Below are positions 41,786 to 51,316 of a DNA stretch of 64,000 bases, one piece after another (position 1 is the stretch's first letter; each line of letters begins with the position of its first letter). The notes beneath the pieces are model-generated. The model worked only from the letters and a program-made list of their open reading frames with translations, made no database searches and had not been told where the DNA came from. The translations under genes were made by a program, and so were the position numbers. Source of the DNA: Methanosarcinaceae archaeon (GTDB taxonomy: Archaea; Halobacteriota; Methanosarcinia; Methanosarcinales; Methanosarcinaceae); contig JAFGCK010000053.1 in NCBI GenBank assembly GCA_016932675.1, forward strand, positions 4,748 to 68,747, in the 5' to 3' direction.

Positions 41786-43060
41786 ATGGCGTATACCAGC
41801 GAAGATACAAAATACCAGATCAAGAAGATCCGTGCAAGGGAGATTCTGGATTCAAGAGGTAATCCAACAGTAGAAGTGGATGTTCACACACCGGGTGGTT
41901 TTGGCAGGGCAAGTGTTCCTTCGGGTGCATCCACCGGAAGCAATGAAGCACTTGAGTTGCGTGACAAGGAAGGCCGCTACGGTGGAAAGGGCGTACTTGA
42001 CGCAGTCGATAATGTAACAACGACCATTGAGAGCGAATTGTTAGGCATGGATGTGAGGAACCAGCGGGAGATCGATGGTCTGATGCTTGCCCTTGACGGC
42101 ACCGATAACAAGATGGAGCTTGGTGCCAATGCAATACTCGGAGTCTCCATGGCTGTTGCAAAAGCTGCAGCTGATTCCCTGGATATGCCATTGTACAGGT
42201 ACCTTGGCGGTGTGAACTCATATACGCTTCCTGTCCCCACAATGAACGTGCTCAATGGCGGTAAGCATGCAGGTAACGAGCTGTCCATCCAGGAATTCAT
42301 GATACAGCCAAAGGGTGCCGATTCATTTGCCGAGGCCCTGCGTATGGGTACTGAGACCTATCATGCACTTGGCAAGGTACTGGAATCAAAGTACGGTGCC
42401 TCAGCCACAAATGTAGGCTACGAAGGCGGCTATGCACCCCCTCTCGAAATGACACATGATGCCCTTGATTCCCTTATCACTGCGATCGAAGAGGCAGGGT
42501 ATTCCGAGACCGAGATATCGTTAGGTCTTGACGCCGCAGCATCCGAGTTCTTTGACGGCCGGAATTATTCCATAGATGGGAAGATCCTTCAGCCGTCTGA
42601 GCTTTTAGATTACTACCTTGAACTCATTGAAACATATCCTATAGTCCTCATCGAGGACCCCTTCCACGAGGAATCCTTCGAGGACTTCGCAGCTCTCACC
42701 GTGGAGGCGTGGGAAACCATCATCGTAGGTGATGACATCTTTGTGACCAATGTTGCACGCCTTGCAAAGGGTATAGAGATGTGTGCAGGCAATGCCCTGC
42801 TTCTCAAGGTCAACCAGATCGGCTCCATATCCGAAGCCCTGGATGCAGCACACATGGCAACGCGCAATGGTTACAGTGTGGTTGTCAGCCATCGCTCTGC
42901 AGAAACCGAAGATACGACCATTGCCGATCTGTCTGTAGCCATCGCCGCCGACCTGATAAAGACCGGAGCACCGGCAAGAAGTGAAAGGACTGCAAAGTAC
43001 AACCAGCTTCTCAGGATCGAGGAAGACCTGGGCGAAGTTGCACGCTACATGCAGCTCTGA
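41786..43060 (+). CDS. eno: Enolase
   Basis: EILDSRGNPTVE, PSGASTG, KVNQIG, SHRS, RSERTAKYNQL; ATG 41786 preferred. Confidence 0.96.
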   Translation: MAYTSEDTKYQIKKIRAREILDSRGNPTVEVDVHTPGGFGRASVPSGASTGSNEALELRDKEGRYGGKGVLDAVDNVTTTIESELLGMDVRNQREIDGLMLALDGTDNKMELGANAILGVSMAVAKAAADSLDMPLYRYLGGVNSYTLPVPTMNVLNGGKHAGNELSIQEFMIQPKGADSFAEALRMGTETYHALGKVLESKYGASATNVGYEGGYAPPLEMTHDALDSLITAIEEAGYSETEISLGLDAAASEFFDGRNYSIDGKILQPSELLDYYLELIETYPIVLIEDPFHEESFEDFAALTVEAWETIIVGDDIFVTNVARLAKGIEMCAGNALLLKVNQIGSISEALDAAHMATRNGYSVVVSHRSAETEDTTIADLSVAIAADLIKTGAPARSERTAKYNQLLRIEEDLGEVARYMQL

Positions 43061-43075
43061 TCATTTTTTCAATCT

Positions 43076-44344
43076 TTATTGCCTTTTCTCAATAAGCGGG
43101 ACGGTCAGGCTTCCCTGCGGAAGGATTATCGCATAGGGGTCCTTTCCCTGGCCTTTTATTTTTTCAATTGCTCTGTCGAATGTACCCTGCACATCCATGC
43201 CGGGCAGAAGTTTTGCCATTCTCAGGATGTCGTCGTTCAGTTCCGAGACCGCCCACATCTCTGCATAAACGCCTATCTCTGCCATCCTGGAAGCCTTGTG
43301 GTAGCCGAGTTTGTAGCCCTCTTCTATCCTGCTCATCACATCTTCACACGTATCTGCAGAGCAGAGCAGGTCCAGGAAGGCTTCATCACCGACCCCTTCC
43401 CTGCATTTTGATACCAGGATGATCACTCCGTCCTCTTCCAGTGCAAGCCTGCCATTCTCAAGTGCCTTCTGGGACTGGTACAGGTCGATATCCATTGGGT
43501 AGGGGGCGGCTGTCAGGACTATGTTACCTTTTCTGCTGCATTTTGCAGCAAAGACCTCGTTCGCTTTTTCGATTGCAATATCGAATGACCTGAAGATATC
43601 CCCTGCAACCATGGCATACAATCCGTGCTCTGCTGTCAGGATGGTCTGTATGGAGAAGATGTTCAGGTCCTTAAGTAAGTTCATCGCATCATCCATATCC
43701 TCTGCAACCGGGTTCCCCCTGATCGCCAGGGGCTGTGCAGCATCCGAGAGTGCATGCCTGTGATTCATTTCGATCGTTCTGTAGGATGCCACACCAGGGA
43801 GGAATGCCTTTCTTCCTCCGGTATAGCCCGCAAAATAGTGAGGTTCCACGCTCCCGATGACTATGATGTTCTTAATCTGTTTCACCATTCTGTTGAGATA
43901 TATTTCGGTGCCTTTGCAGGAGATGCCCAGGTATTCCATGTCCTCGTCCCTGCGTGCGTCGTGGACGAATACCCTGTCTTTGAACTCATCGTATACCTCC
44001 CCGAAGATGTACCTGAATTCATCTTCCGTGGGCCCCCTGTGGGCGCCCGTGGCTACCAGGAATCTCAGATCGTTGTGTTCCCTGAGAATGTCCCGGATCC
44101 CCAGGAGTACCTTTGCGGTAGGTGTAGGCCTTGTTGCATCATTCACCAGTATAAGGAGCCTGTCACTACCAAGCACGAAATCCTTCAGGGGTCCCATTCC
44201 CACCGGCTCTTCAAGTGCCCGGGCGATGATCTCTGATTCGGGCGCGGTCTGTACCTCGTTCGGTCTGATGACCTCATGGGGTATTCTGACATCCAGGTCA
44301 ATGTATTCTTTTCCGTAAGGTATCTTTACTGTAATAGGGATCAC
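43076..44344 (-). CDS. larA: LarA family nickel-pincer racemase/epimerase
   Basis: 422 aa; VNDATRPTPT, ATGAHR, VEPHYFAGYTGGRK, YQSQKAL, GYHKA. Confidence 0.85.
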   Translation of the reverse strand: MIPITVKIPYGKEYIDLDVRIPHEVIRPNEVQTAPESEIIARALEEPVGMGPLKDFVLGSDRLLILVNDATRPTPTAKVLLGIRDILREHNDLRFLVATGAHRGPTEDEFRYIFGEVYDEFKDRVFVHDARRDEDMEYLGISCKGTEIYLNRMVKQIKNIIVIGSVEPHYFAGYTGGRKAFLPGVASYRTIEMNHRHALSDAAQPLAIRGNPVAEDMDDAMNLLKDLNIFSIQTILTAEHGLYAMVAGDIFRSFDIAIEKANEVFAAKCSRKGNIVLTAAPYPMDIDLYQSQKALENGRLALEEDGVIILVSKCREGVGDEAFLDLLCSADTCEDVMSRIEEGYKLGYHKASRMAEIGVYAEMWAVSELNDDILRMAKLLPGMDVQGTFDRAIEKIKGQGKDPYAIILPQGSLTVPLIEKRQ

Positions 44345-44620
44345 TCCAGATCTAAGAGGAATAAATATTGTGAAATCACTTGATCCTTCACGTCAGTTAT
44401 ATGTATAATGTATATTTTGCCGGTCATGGTCAGGTTCTATCATGGTGTAACTGTCTCGGTGTCAATTCCCTAAAGGGAAGGTTTATTTATATCATTTTTG
44501 TCCTGTATGTCAGACAGACTCCGGGATCTGGCACTGGCAGTATTATTTTTTAACACAACAACTCTTATCTGGTATAGATCTCATTCAGTATTGACCTTAT
44601 TCAGGGACTATGGTGAGCTC

Positions 44621-45247
44621 TTGATAGAACTGACACAACTGGCATATTTTGTTGCCGCATCCGTTGCCCTTACACTATTGCCTGGTCCGGATATTATCTT
44701 CGTACTTACCCAGAGCATTTCCCGGGGCAGGATGGCCGGCATGGCAACGGCATCAGGTCTTTGCACAGGGCTGATGTTCCACACAACAGCTGCAGCGCTG
44801 GGGGTCTCAGCGATCCTTTACAGATCTGCCCTGGCTTTCAGTGTACTGAAATATGCAGGTGCTGTCTATCTGCTCTACCTTGCCTTCAGGGCAATGAAGG
44901 AAGGTGAGGATCTCATCCCATCAAAAATTTCAGAGGAACGCGATCTATCTCTTCTTTACAGGCGGGGCATATTAATGAACCTGCTGAATCCTAAAGTTTC
45001 CCTTTTCTTCCTGGCATTCCTGCCGCAGTTCGTTGACCTGGCTGCGGGAAACGTTCCTTCGCAGATGATCTTTCTGGGGGTTGTTTTTCTCATACAGGCA
45101 CTGGTGGTTTTCTTCCTGGTCTCCGTATTTGCAGGATATATCGGGATCAGGATAATGGAAAGACCTGGGATTGGCAGGCATGTCAACCGTGCAAAGGCCG
45201 GAATTTTTTCATTTATAGGCCTGGAACTTGCACTTTCAACGCGGTGA
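44621..45247 (+). CDS. LysE/RhtB family translocator
   Basis: LLPGPD, GAVYLLYLA, MNLLNPKVSLFF; start uncertain (TTG 44621 preferred over 44498). Confidence 0.88.
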   Translation: MIELTQLAYFVAASVALTLLPGPDIIFVLTQSISRGRMAGMATASGLCTGLMFHTTAAALGVSAILYRSALAFSVLKYAGAVYLLYLAFRAMKEGEDLIPSKISEERDLSLLYRRGILMNLLNPKVSLFFLAFLPQFVDLAAGNVPSQMIFLGVVFLIQALVVFFLVSVFAGYIGIRIMERPGIGRHVNRAKAGIFSFIGLELALSTR

Positions 45248-45395
45248 TGTCCTCAAGTATCGATCTGTTTTCAGTCTGTGTGGACCCGTGTCTCAACAGG
45301 CCGATTGCCGGAAATGGTTTTTTTAGCCAGTGCACGTACAAAACATATTATAACTGGACATCCCAACTAACACTAACAAACGCCGGGACCCATGG

Positions 45396-46565
45396 ATGTA
45401 CGAACTGCAGATCGCCCTGAGGCACGTCAGTGCACGTAAAAGACTTACGTTCTTTGCTGTTTTTGCGGTAGCTCTGGCCATAGGTGTGATCGTTGTCATG
45501 ATGTCCCTGATGTCCGGATTCACGGATGAACTGATAGATACTACGGTGGAAAGCGCGCCTCATATTGTTATAACTCCTCAGGGAGATGACCGGGAATTCA
45601 TTCACTTCACGGATCATTATTCCGACAGGATCCAAAACACGGAAGGTGTTATAGCGGTATCTGCCGTTTTTTCAGGACAGGCTGCATTGCAGTATAGGGA
45701 CAGTGCGGAAGGTGTGGATCTTATGGGGATAGAACCTGCGGCTGAGAATGTCGTTGTCAACATTGAGGATGACATTGTTTCAGGTGACCTGTCCGAAATC
45801 TCACGGACAAACAACGGGATCGTGATAGGGGACGATCTTGCGGAAGATCTCGATATTGCTGTAGGGGACAGCGTGGATGCAGTTATACCTGCGAAAGAGC
45901 CCAGGTCTTTCCGGGTGGTGGGAATATTTGACAGCGGTACACCTGCCGATGAGAGCACTACCTATGCACGTTTTGATACCGTGCAGGCTTTCTTTGGCGA
46001 GAGCGGGGTTGCGAGCAGTATGAATGTAAGGGTCCGGGACCCGTACCAGGCAGACATTATCGCACGATACATAGAATCCGATACTGGCCTCGATGCTGTT
46101 AGCTGGATCGAGGCCAACAGTGATATACTTGAACTGCTCGATACCCAGGTGGCGTTAGTATGGCTGTTCTACGCACTCATCTATGCCATCGCAGGGTTCG
46201 GGGTTGCGAACACCCTCATTACCGTTGTGATGGACAAGAAAAGTGAGATCGGGATGTTAATGGCCATGGGCGCTTCCAGAAGGCAGGTCACGATGACCTT
46301 CCTGCTGGAGTCTTTGATCCTGGGGTGCATGGGTGTTTTACTGGGATGCATTTTCGGATATGTGTGCATCGTTCTGCTCTCATCTTACCCTGTAGACATA
46401 CCAAGCGAAACATATTACGGACTTAGCACACTTCCCCTGAAGCTGGATCCGCTTAATTTTGTCTATGCAATTGTCTTTTCTTTCCTGATCAATATGGTTG
46501 CAGCCGTATATCCTGCGAGGCGCGCTGCCAGGCTGGACCCGGTGGAGGCTATCGAGAGCGAATGA
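45396..46565 (+). CDS. LolC/E-like (FtsX/MacB) ABC permease
   Basis: 389 aa; TM1, large extracellular domain, EIGMLMAMGA, YPARRAARLDPVEAI. Confidence 0.9.
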   Translation: MYELQIALRHVSARKRLTFFAVFAVALAIGVIVVMMSLMSGFTDELIDTTVESAPHIVITPQGDDREFIHFTDHYSDRIQNTEGVIAVSAVFSGQAALQYRDSAEGVDLMGIEPAAENVVVNIEDDIVSGDLSEISRTNNGIVIGDDLAEDLDIAVGDSVDAVIPAKEPRSFRVVGIFDSGTPADESTTYARFDTVQAFFGESGVASSMNVRVRDPYQADIIARYIESDTGLDAVSWIEANSDILELLDTQVALVWLFYALIYAIAGFGVANTLITVVMDKKSEIGMLMAMGASRRQVTMTFLLESLILGCMGVLLGCIFGYVCIVLLSSYPVDIPSETYYGLSTLPLKLDPLNFVYAIVFSFLINMVAAVYPARRAARLDPVEAIESE

Positions 46566-46977
46566 ATACCCGTATTATCGCATAGCTTTAACTTCATGGC
46601 ATTTTGTTCGCATAAAGGCGAAAGATATATATCCTATAATGTAGTTTGTATACATGCGAACGGGTTTTCTAGTACCTCTCCAACAAACAAATGTCACCAA
46701 GCTGTGCATTCAACCCTTCTTTCCCGTTCGCACTCCTATGCTATCTTTTTAGTATTAGCTTTAGCAAGATTGCTGCATGTGAATTGTGATAGGGGTAAAG
46801 GGTACGGTTTCCTGGAATATCGTAATGAAGAATCACAATCCAGGCCAGGTTTCTTCTCTCCCGTACCAATCATGGCTGTTTCTAAAGGAGAACGTATCAA
46901 AGTGCAGGTTCGGGGAATTGTTACTCCTGCATCAGACTCAGTGACCGATACTGAACGGTTTTCAGTCGTACATGGTT

Positions 46978-48150
46978 TCACTTCGCGGATATGGCCGTCA
47001 CCGGATCAAAACTGGCTGCGCGCTGGGCGGGGTAGATCCCTGCGATCAGGTTCAGCAGGAAGACGCCAGCTATTATGATGAGCACGTCAAAAGGTCTTAT
47101 CACCATAGGTATGGAAGAAATGCCCTCAAGCGGTCCCTCATATACTCCTTCCGGAACCACATAGTTGCCGATGGCAAGTGCGATGACGATGCCTGCAAGA
47201 GCGCCCAGTATGGCACCGGCAAGGCCCAGTATGCCGCTTTCCATCAGGAATATCATTCTTATATTGGACCTTCTGGCGCCCATTGCCATGAGGATGCCAA
47301 TCTCCCTTATCTTTCCCATCACCACCATGTTGAGCGTGCTTACAACTCCGAACGATGCTATGAGCAGTATAAAGCCAAGTGTAACGTTATTGGATGTGCT
47401 TTCTATGGACAGGGTTCTCAGGATCTCGGGATTGTTCTCGGTCCAGCCGCTTGCCTCGTAACCTTCAGCCTGTATGATGGATGCCACTTCCTGGTCTTTG
47501 TTGAAGTCTTCCAGCCGCAGGGATATGCCGTTGATGACATTGTCCGTGTCGAAGAACCGCTGGGCTGTTTCAAGGGATGTGTATGTCAGGCTCTCATCCA
47601 GCTGCGTTCCGCTGTCATAGATCGCTATGACTTCCAGTGAAAGCGGATTTGCATTGGGGAAGGACACATCTACCATATCCCCCGGTTCAAGTTCAAGGTC
47701 ACCGGCCAGGTCGTCTCCGATCATGATGGTGCTCTTGGAGTAGGCGAGTTCTTCAAAACTGCCCGTGACCACATCCTCCCGGACGTGGGCAACAGCATCT
47801 TCCTCAGAGGGAATGACCCCTTTGAGAGCAGCATTCATGGTATTGCCCCTGAACCTGAAGGACGCCTGCCCGACAAGGTAGGGGGATGATGCCACGACTC
47901 CTTCGATGCTATTGATCTTCGTGACAATGTTCTGGTACAGATGTATGTAGTCATCGTCTTCCCGGGGAGATACCACCACATGCGGCAGGCTGGAGACTGT
48001 CTTGTCATACAGCTCCTGGGTGAAACCTACCATGACTGCCTGTGAGATCAGTAGCATCATGACCGCTATGCCTATCGCTGCAACAGAGAGTATCGTCTGG
48101 CGTTTTCTTGCTATTATGTGGCGGGTCGCGATGAACAGCTCGTAACGCAT
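46978..48150 (-). CDS. LolC/E-like (FtsX/MacB) ABC permease
   Basis: MRYELFIATRHIIARKRQT, EIGILMAMGA, YPAQRAASFDPV; paralog of 45396-46565. Confidence 0.9.
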   Translation of the reverse strand: MRYELFIATRHIIARKRQTILSVAAIGIAVMMLLISQAVMVGFTQELYDKTVSSLPHVVVSPREDDDYIHLYQNIVTKINSIEGVVASSPYLVGQASFRFRGNTMNAALKGVIPSEEDAVAHVREDVVTGSFEELAYSKSTIMIGDDLAGDLELEPGDMVDVSFPNANPLSLEVIAIYDSGTQLDESLTYTSLETAQRFFDTDNVINGISLRLEDFNKDQEVASIIQAEGYEASGWTENNPEILRTLSIESTSNNVTLGFILLIASFGVVSTLNMVVMGKIREIGILMAMGARRSNIRMIFLMESGILGLAGAILGALAGIVIALAIGNYVVPEGVYEGPLEGISSIPMVIRPFDVLIIIAGVFLLNLIAGIYPAQRAASFDPVTAISAK

Positions 48151-48159
48151 CCGGCACAC

Positions 48160-49263
48160 CTACCACCTTTTCTTCATCCGGAGGATGAGAACGGCTGCAA
48201 AAAGGGTGATAATGGAATAAAAACCGGGGAATCCGGGACTCTGGCCTGCCGAACTTTCAGTATCATTGTCATTTGATACTTTGCGGGGAGCCTCGGCCTC
48301 AATGATGGTCTCCCTGACATCAAGCAGGTCTCCATCATTGCCCATGACTTCGATATTCAGCCTGTAGATGCCTTCATGAAGCCTTTCTTCCCATATTGCT
48401 TCCACTGTTTCATCATCACCGCTGAGAAGTACAGGGGAATCACGGGTGACTGTCTCTACGATATTTTCATTGCCATCATTTTTAAAGACCGTGAATCTCA
48501 CAGTACCCCTGAAAGGTACCTGTGACCTGCCTTCAATGGTTGCACTAGCGCCTATCTCGTCCTTGTAGGTGTCGCTGATAAAAACGTCATCCTTTGCTGT
48601 GAATTCCTGCATAGTTGCCATGGTCTCAGAGGGCGTATACATCCTTATCTTTACACGGCCCCTGTACTCTCTGCCATTTTCCAGTAATGTATTCCACTGT
48701 TCACTTAACTCCATGGGCAAGGTGTTCAGGGCAACCCTTTCCAGTTTGTTCATGTAGATCACATTGGAGCCGTCCACAAGCATGTAGGTAACATCCACCA
48801 GAACGGGCTGTACCGGGGTTATCATCAGGCTAAAGCCCTCGGAGTTGGCTATGAGGTCATCGATTATTATCCGGGGGATGACCTGCCTGCCATTCACAAA
48901 AGAGTAACTGCTGGTATAAAGCAGGCAGCCGTCCTTCAATATGCGGACATCTACGGTATATTTCCCATCATCTTTGGTATCCGTATCCCACTCGAAGACC
49001 CTGACAACATTTAAGCCGGGAGCAACTCTCCTGATACCGAGTGTCTTTTCATCAAGCACCTTTCCTTCATGTTCCAGTGACAGTCCAAGATCTATATCCT
49101 CTAATCCGGTAGGGGAGTATACAGTAATGTCTCCGCTCTGGATGTCTGAATAGAGATACGCCACACCTACACCTGCATCTTCAGGACATTCATGTGCCAG
49201 TGAGTTGAAGGGGAAAGCAAGGATCAATAAGAAACAGATAAGGGATACAGGGGTGTAACGCAT
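48160..49263 (-). CDS. Secreted surface protein with PGF-CTERM-like anchor
   Basis: Signal peptide; C-terminus SPGFPGFYSIITLFAAVLILRMKKRW (PGF, TM, basic tail). Confidence 0.75.
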   Translation of the reverse strand: MRYTPVSLICFLLILAFPFNSLAHECPEDAGVGVAYLYSDIQSGDITVYSPTGLEDIDLGLSLEHEGKVLDEKTLGIRRVAPGLNVVRVFEWDTDTKDDGKYTVDVRILKDGCLLYTSSYSFVNGRQVIPRIIIDDLIANSEGFSLMITPVQPVLVDVTYMLVDGSNVIYMNKLERVALNTLPMELSEQWNTLLENGREYRGRVKIRMYTPSETMATMQEFTAKDDVFISDTYKDEIGASATIEGRSQVPFRGTVRFTVFKNDGNENIVETVTRDSPVLLSGDDETVEAIWEERLHEGIYRLNIEVMGNDGDLLDVRETIIEAEAPRKVSNDNDTESSAGQSPGFPGFYSIITLFAAVLILRMKKRW

Positions 49264-49464
49264 TTTCAGCACTGAAGGCATTTTGAGGCTCCCGTGATTT
49301 AAATCAATTTTATTCAGTGATAGTATTTATAGCAATGCATTTTTACGGGGTTTGCTTCGTACAATTCCGGTAAGGTCACTGGCACTGAATGTTGCTTTCC
49401 GGCTCTTTGAAGTTCCAGGCGGCCTGCAGGCTCTTTGGGCTATGTGGAAGTATTGTACTGTCCC

Positions 49465-50628
49465 TCACTCATACCTGAGTGCGTCCAGCGGTCTCATCCG
49501 GGAAGCCTTCCACGCAGGATACATACCGCCAAGCAGGCTTGTACCGATCCCGAAGAGCACGCCTTCAAGAATGTAGAGAATGTTGGAGGGCTTCAGGAGG
49601 TAGGCAGCATCATCCATTATGAAGGAGATGACCATATAGCTGCCTCCAAGGGTCAGCAGGCCTCCTATAAGGCTTGCAGCAACTCCCAGAAAAAGCGCTT
49701 CAAGAAGGAACATCCGGAGAATATCCCGCCTTGATGCTCCCACTGCTTTCATAACACCTATCTCTTTGGTGCGTTCCATGGTGGACATGAGCATGACGTT
49801 GAGGATGCTTACACCTGCTACCAGGAGGGATATCGAGCCGATGCCCATAAGGAAGAGGGAGATCGCATCAAAGACGCCACCGATGCTTTCGGTGATCATA
49901 TTGGTGGCAAAGACCATAATGAGCTCGTCCTTCTTATTGATCCGGTCTTCAATATCTTCCTGAACCCTGTCCAGCTCATCGATATCATCCACTGTAATTA
50001 TTACTGAACTGTATCCTTCTTCCTCATCCGGGTAGAGTTTCTCATACATATCAGATGACGTGAAGATCCCGCTATCAGTATCGATGTCAAAACCGAGTCC
50101 TCTTTCTGTCAGGATCCCGACCACCCTCAGCCTGGAATCGTCTATTATTACCTTGCTGCCCACTGTGGCGCCAAGGTTCTCAGCTACTCCTGAGCCGAGA
50201 ACACAATCTGTGGAACCGGATTTGAAAAAGCGACCCTTTTCCAGTTCCACAAGGGTCACAAGCCCTTCCTCATCTATGTCGTAGACCGAGGCAAAGGTCT
50301 CCTCGTTCCTATATTCGACCCTTTCGGCATTGGACCTGAGAGGTATTATCCTGTCAATACCTCCCACCTTCCTGATCTGGCCGATCTGCCTTTGGCTTAT
50401 GGTCTCCTCGCCCGGCGCGGGGTACACCATGAGCTTGTCACCGATATCTGCAAAGGATTCCGTAACAGACATCTTCATTGTATTGCCCAGTATACCCATG
50501 GAGGATATGGCGATAACGCCTATGATTATGCCAATGGCTGCCAGTATCGTCCGGATGGATTGCCTTCTGAGGTTCCTTCTGGCAAGCTCTGCATACATAT
50601 TATCCTTCAGGGGATCAGCAATTCTCAT
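49465..50628 (-). CDS. MacB/SalY-type ABC permease
   Basis: ERTKEIGVMKAVGA, YPAWKASRMRPLDALRYE; start ambiguous (50643, 50628 or 50598). Confidence 0.9.
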   Translation of the reverse strand: MRIADPLKDNMYAELARRNLRRQSIRTILAAIGIIIGVIAISSMGILGNTMKMSVTESFADIGDKLMVYPAPGEETISQRQIGQIRKVGGIDRIIPLRSNAERVEYRNEETFASVYDIDEEGLVTLVELEKGRFFKSGSTDCVLGSGVAENLGATVGSKVIIDDSRLRVVGILTERGLGFDIDTDSGIFTSSDMYEKLYPDEEEGYSSVIITVDDIDELDRVQEDIEDRINKKDELIMVFATNMITESIGGVFDAISLFLMGIGSISLLVAGVSILNVMLMSTMERTKEIGVMKAVGASRRDILRMFLLEALFLGVAASLIGGLLTLGGSYMVISFIMDDAAYLLKPSNILYILEGVLFGIGTSLLGGMYPAWKASRMRPLDALRYE

Positions 50629-51301
50629 GGCATATCGCCCCATCCTGCAGTCTTATGGTTGTATTCGAGAACTCTTCCAGCCTGGGATCATGCGTGACCA
50701 CGACAACTGTCGTGCCTGCCGTGTTCAGCTCCTGCAGGAGTTCCATTACACTATGCCCTGTCTTTGAGTCCAGATTGCCTGTGGGCTCATCTGCAAGGAG
50801 TATTGGAGGATCGTTTGCCAGTGCCCTTGCAATGGCAACCCTCTGCTGCTGGCCACCTGAGAGCTCGTTGGGCTTATGCTGCTCATACTCTGCCGGCAGC
50901 TGTGCCTTTCTAAAAAGTTCCAGTGCCTTCTTCCTGCGTTTATCCGGTGATGTGCCAGTGAATATCATGGGCATCTCCACGTTCTCAAGGGCGCTGAGGG
51001 TCTGTATGAGATTGAATTGCTGGAATATGAAACCGATATTGTTCCTTCTTATGGATGTCAGTCCGTCATCATCAAGTCCGGATATGCCCTTTCCATTGAT
51101 CAGCACCTTTCCGCTTGTTGGAAGGTCAAGACACCCCACCATATTCAGGAGTGTGCTCTTCCCGGAGCCGGAGGATCCCATTATAGTTACAAAGTCCCCT
51201 TTATCGATGGATATGCTGACCCTGTTCAGGGCATATATCCTGTTCTTTCCGAGGGTGTAGATCTTTGTCACGTCCCTGAGTTCTACGATGGGTCTTGGCA
51301 T
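50615..51301 (-). CDS. MacB/SalX-type ABC ATPase
   Basis: 228 aa; GSSGSGKST, LSGGQQQR, ADEPTGNLD. Confidence 0.93.
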   Translation of the reverse strand: MPRPIVELRDVTKIYTLGKNRIYALNRVSISIDKGDFVTIMGSSGSGKSTLLNMVGCLDLPTSGKVLINGKGISGLDDDGLTSIRRNNIGFIFQQFNLIQTLSALENVEMPMIFTGTSPDKRRKKALELFRKAQLPAEYEQHKPNELSGGQQQRVAIARALANDPPILLADEPTGNLDSKTGHSVMELLQELNTAGTTVVVVTHDPRLEEFSNTTIRLQDGAICHENC

Positions 51302-51316
51302 GTCAGCACCGACGTC

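Noticed and set aside
42412-42441. Enolase GYEGG (vs GDEGG) and SHRSAE as signs of inactivation
   Set aside because: Catalytic Glu, Lys and the metal ligands appear retained; treated as a natural variant
46596-47078. 160-aa plus-strand and 81-aa minus-strand ORFs in the convergent gap
   Set aside because: No SD or motif, mutually overlapping, and partly antisense to a permease
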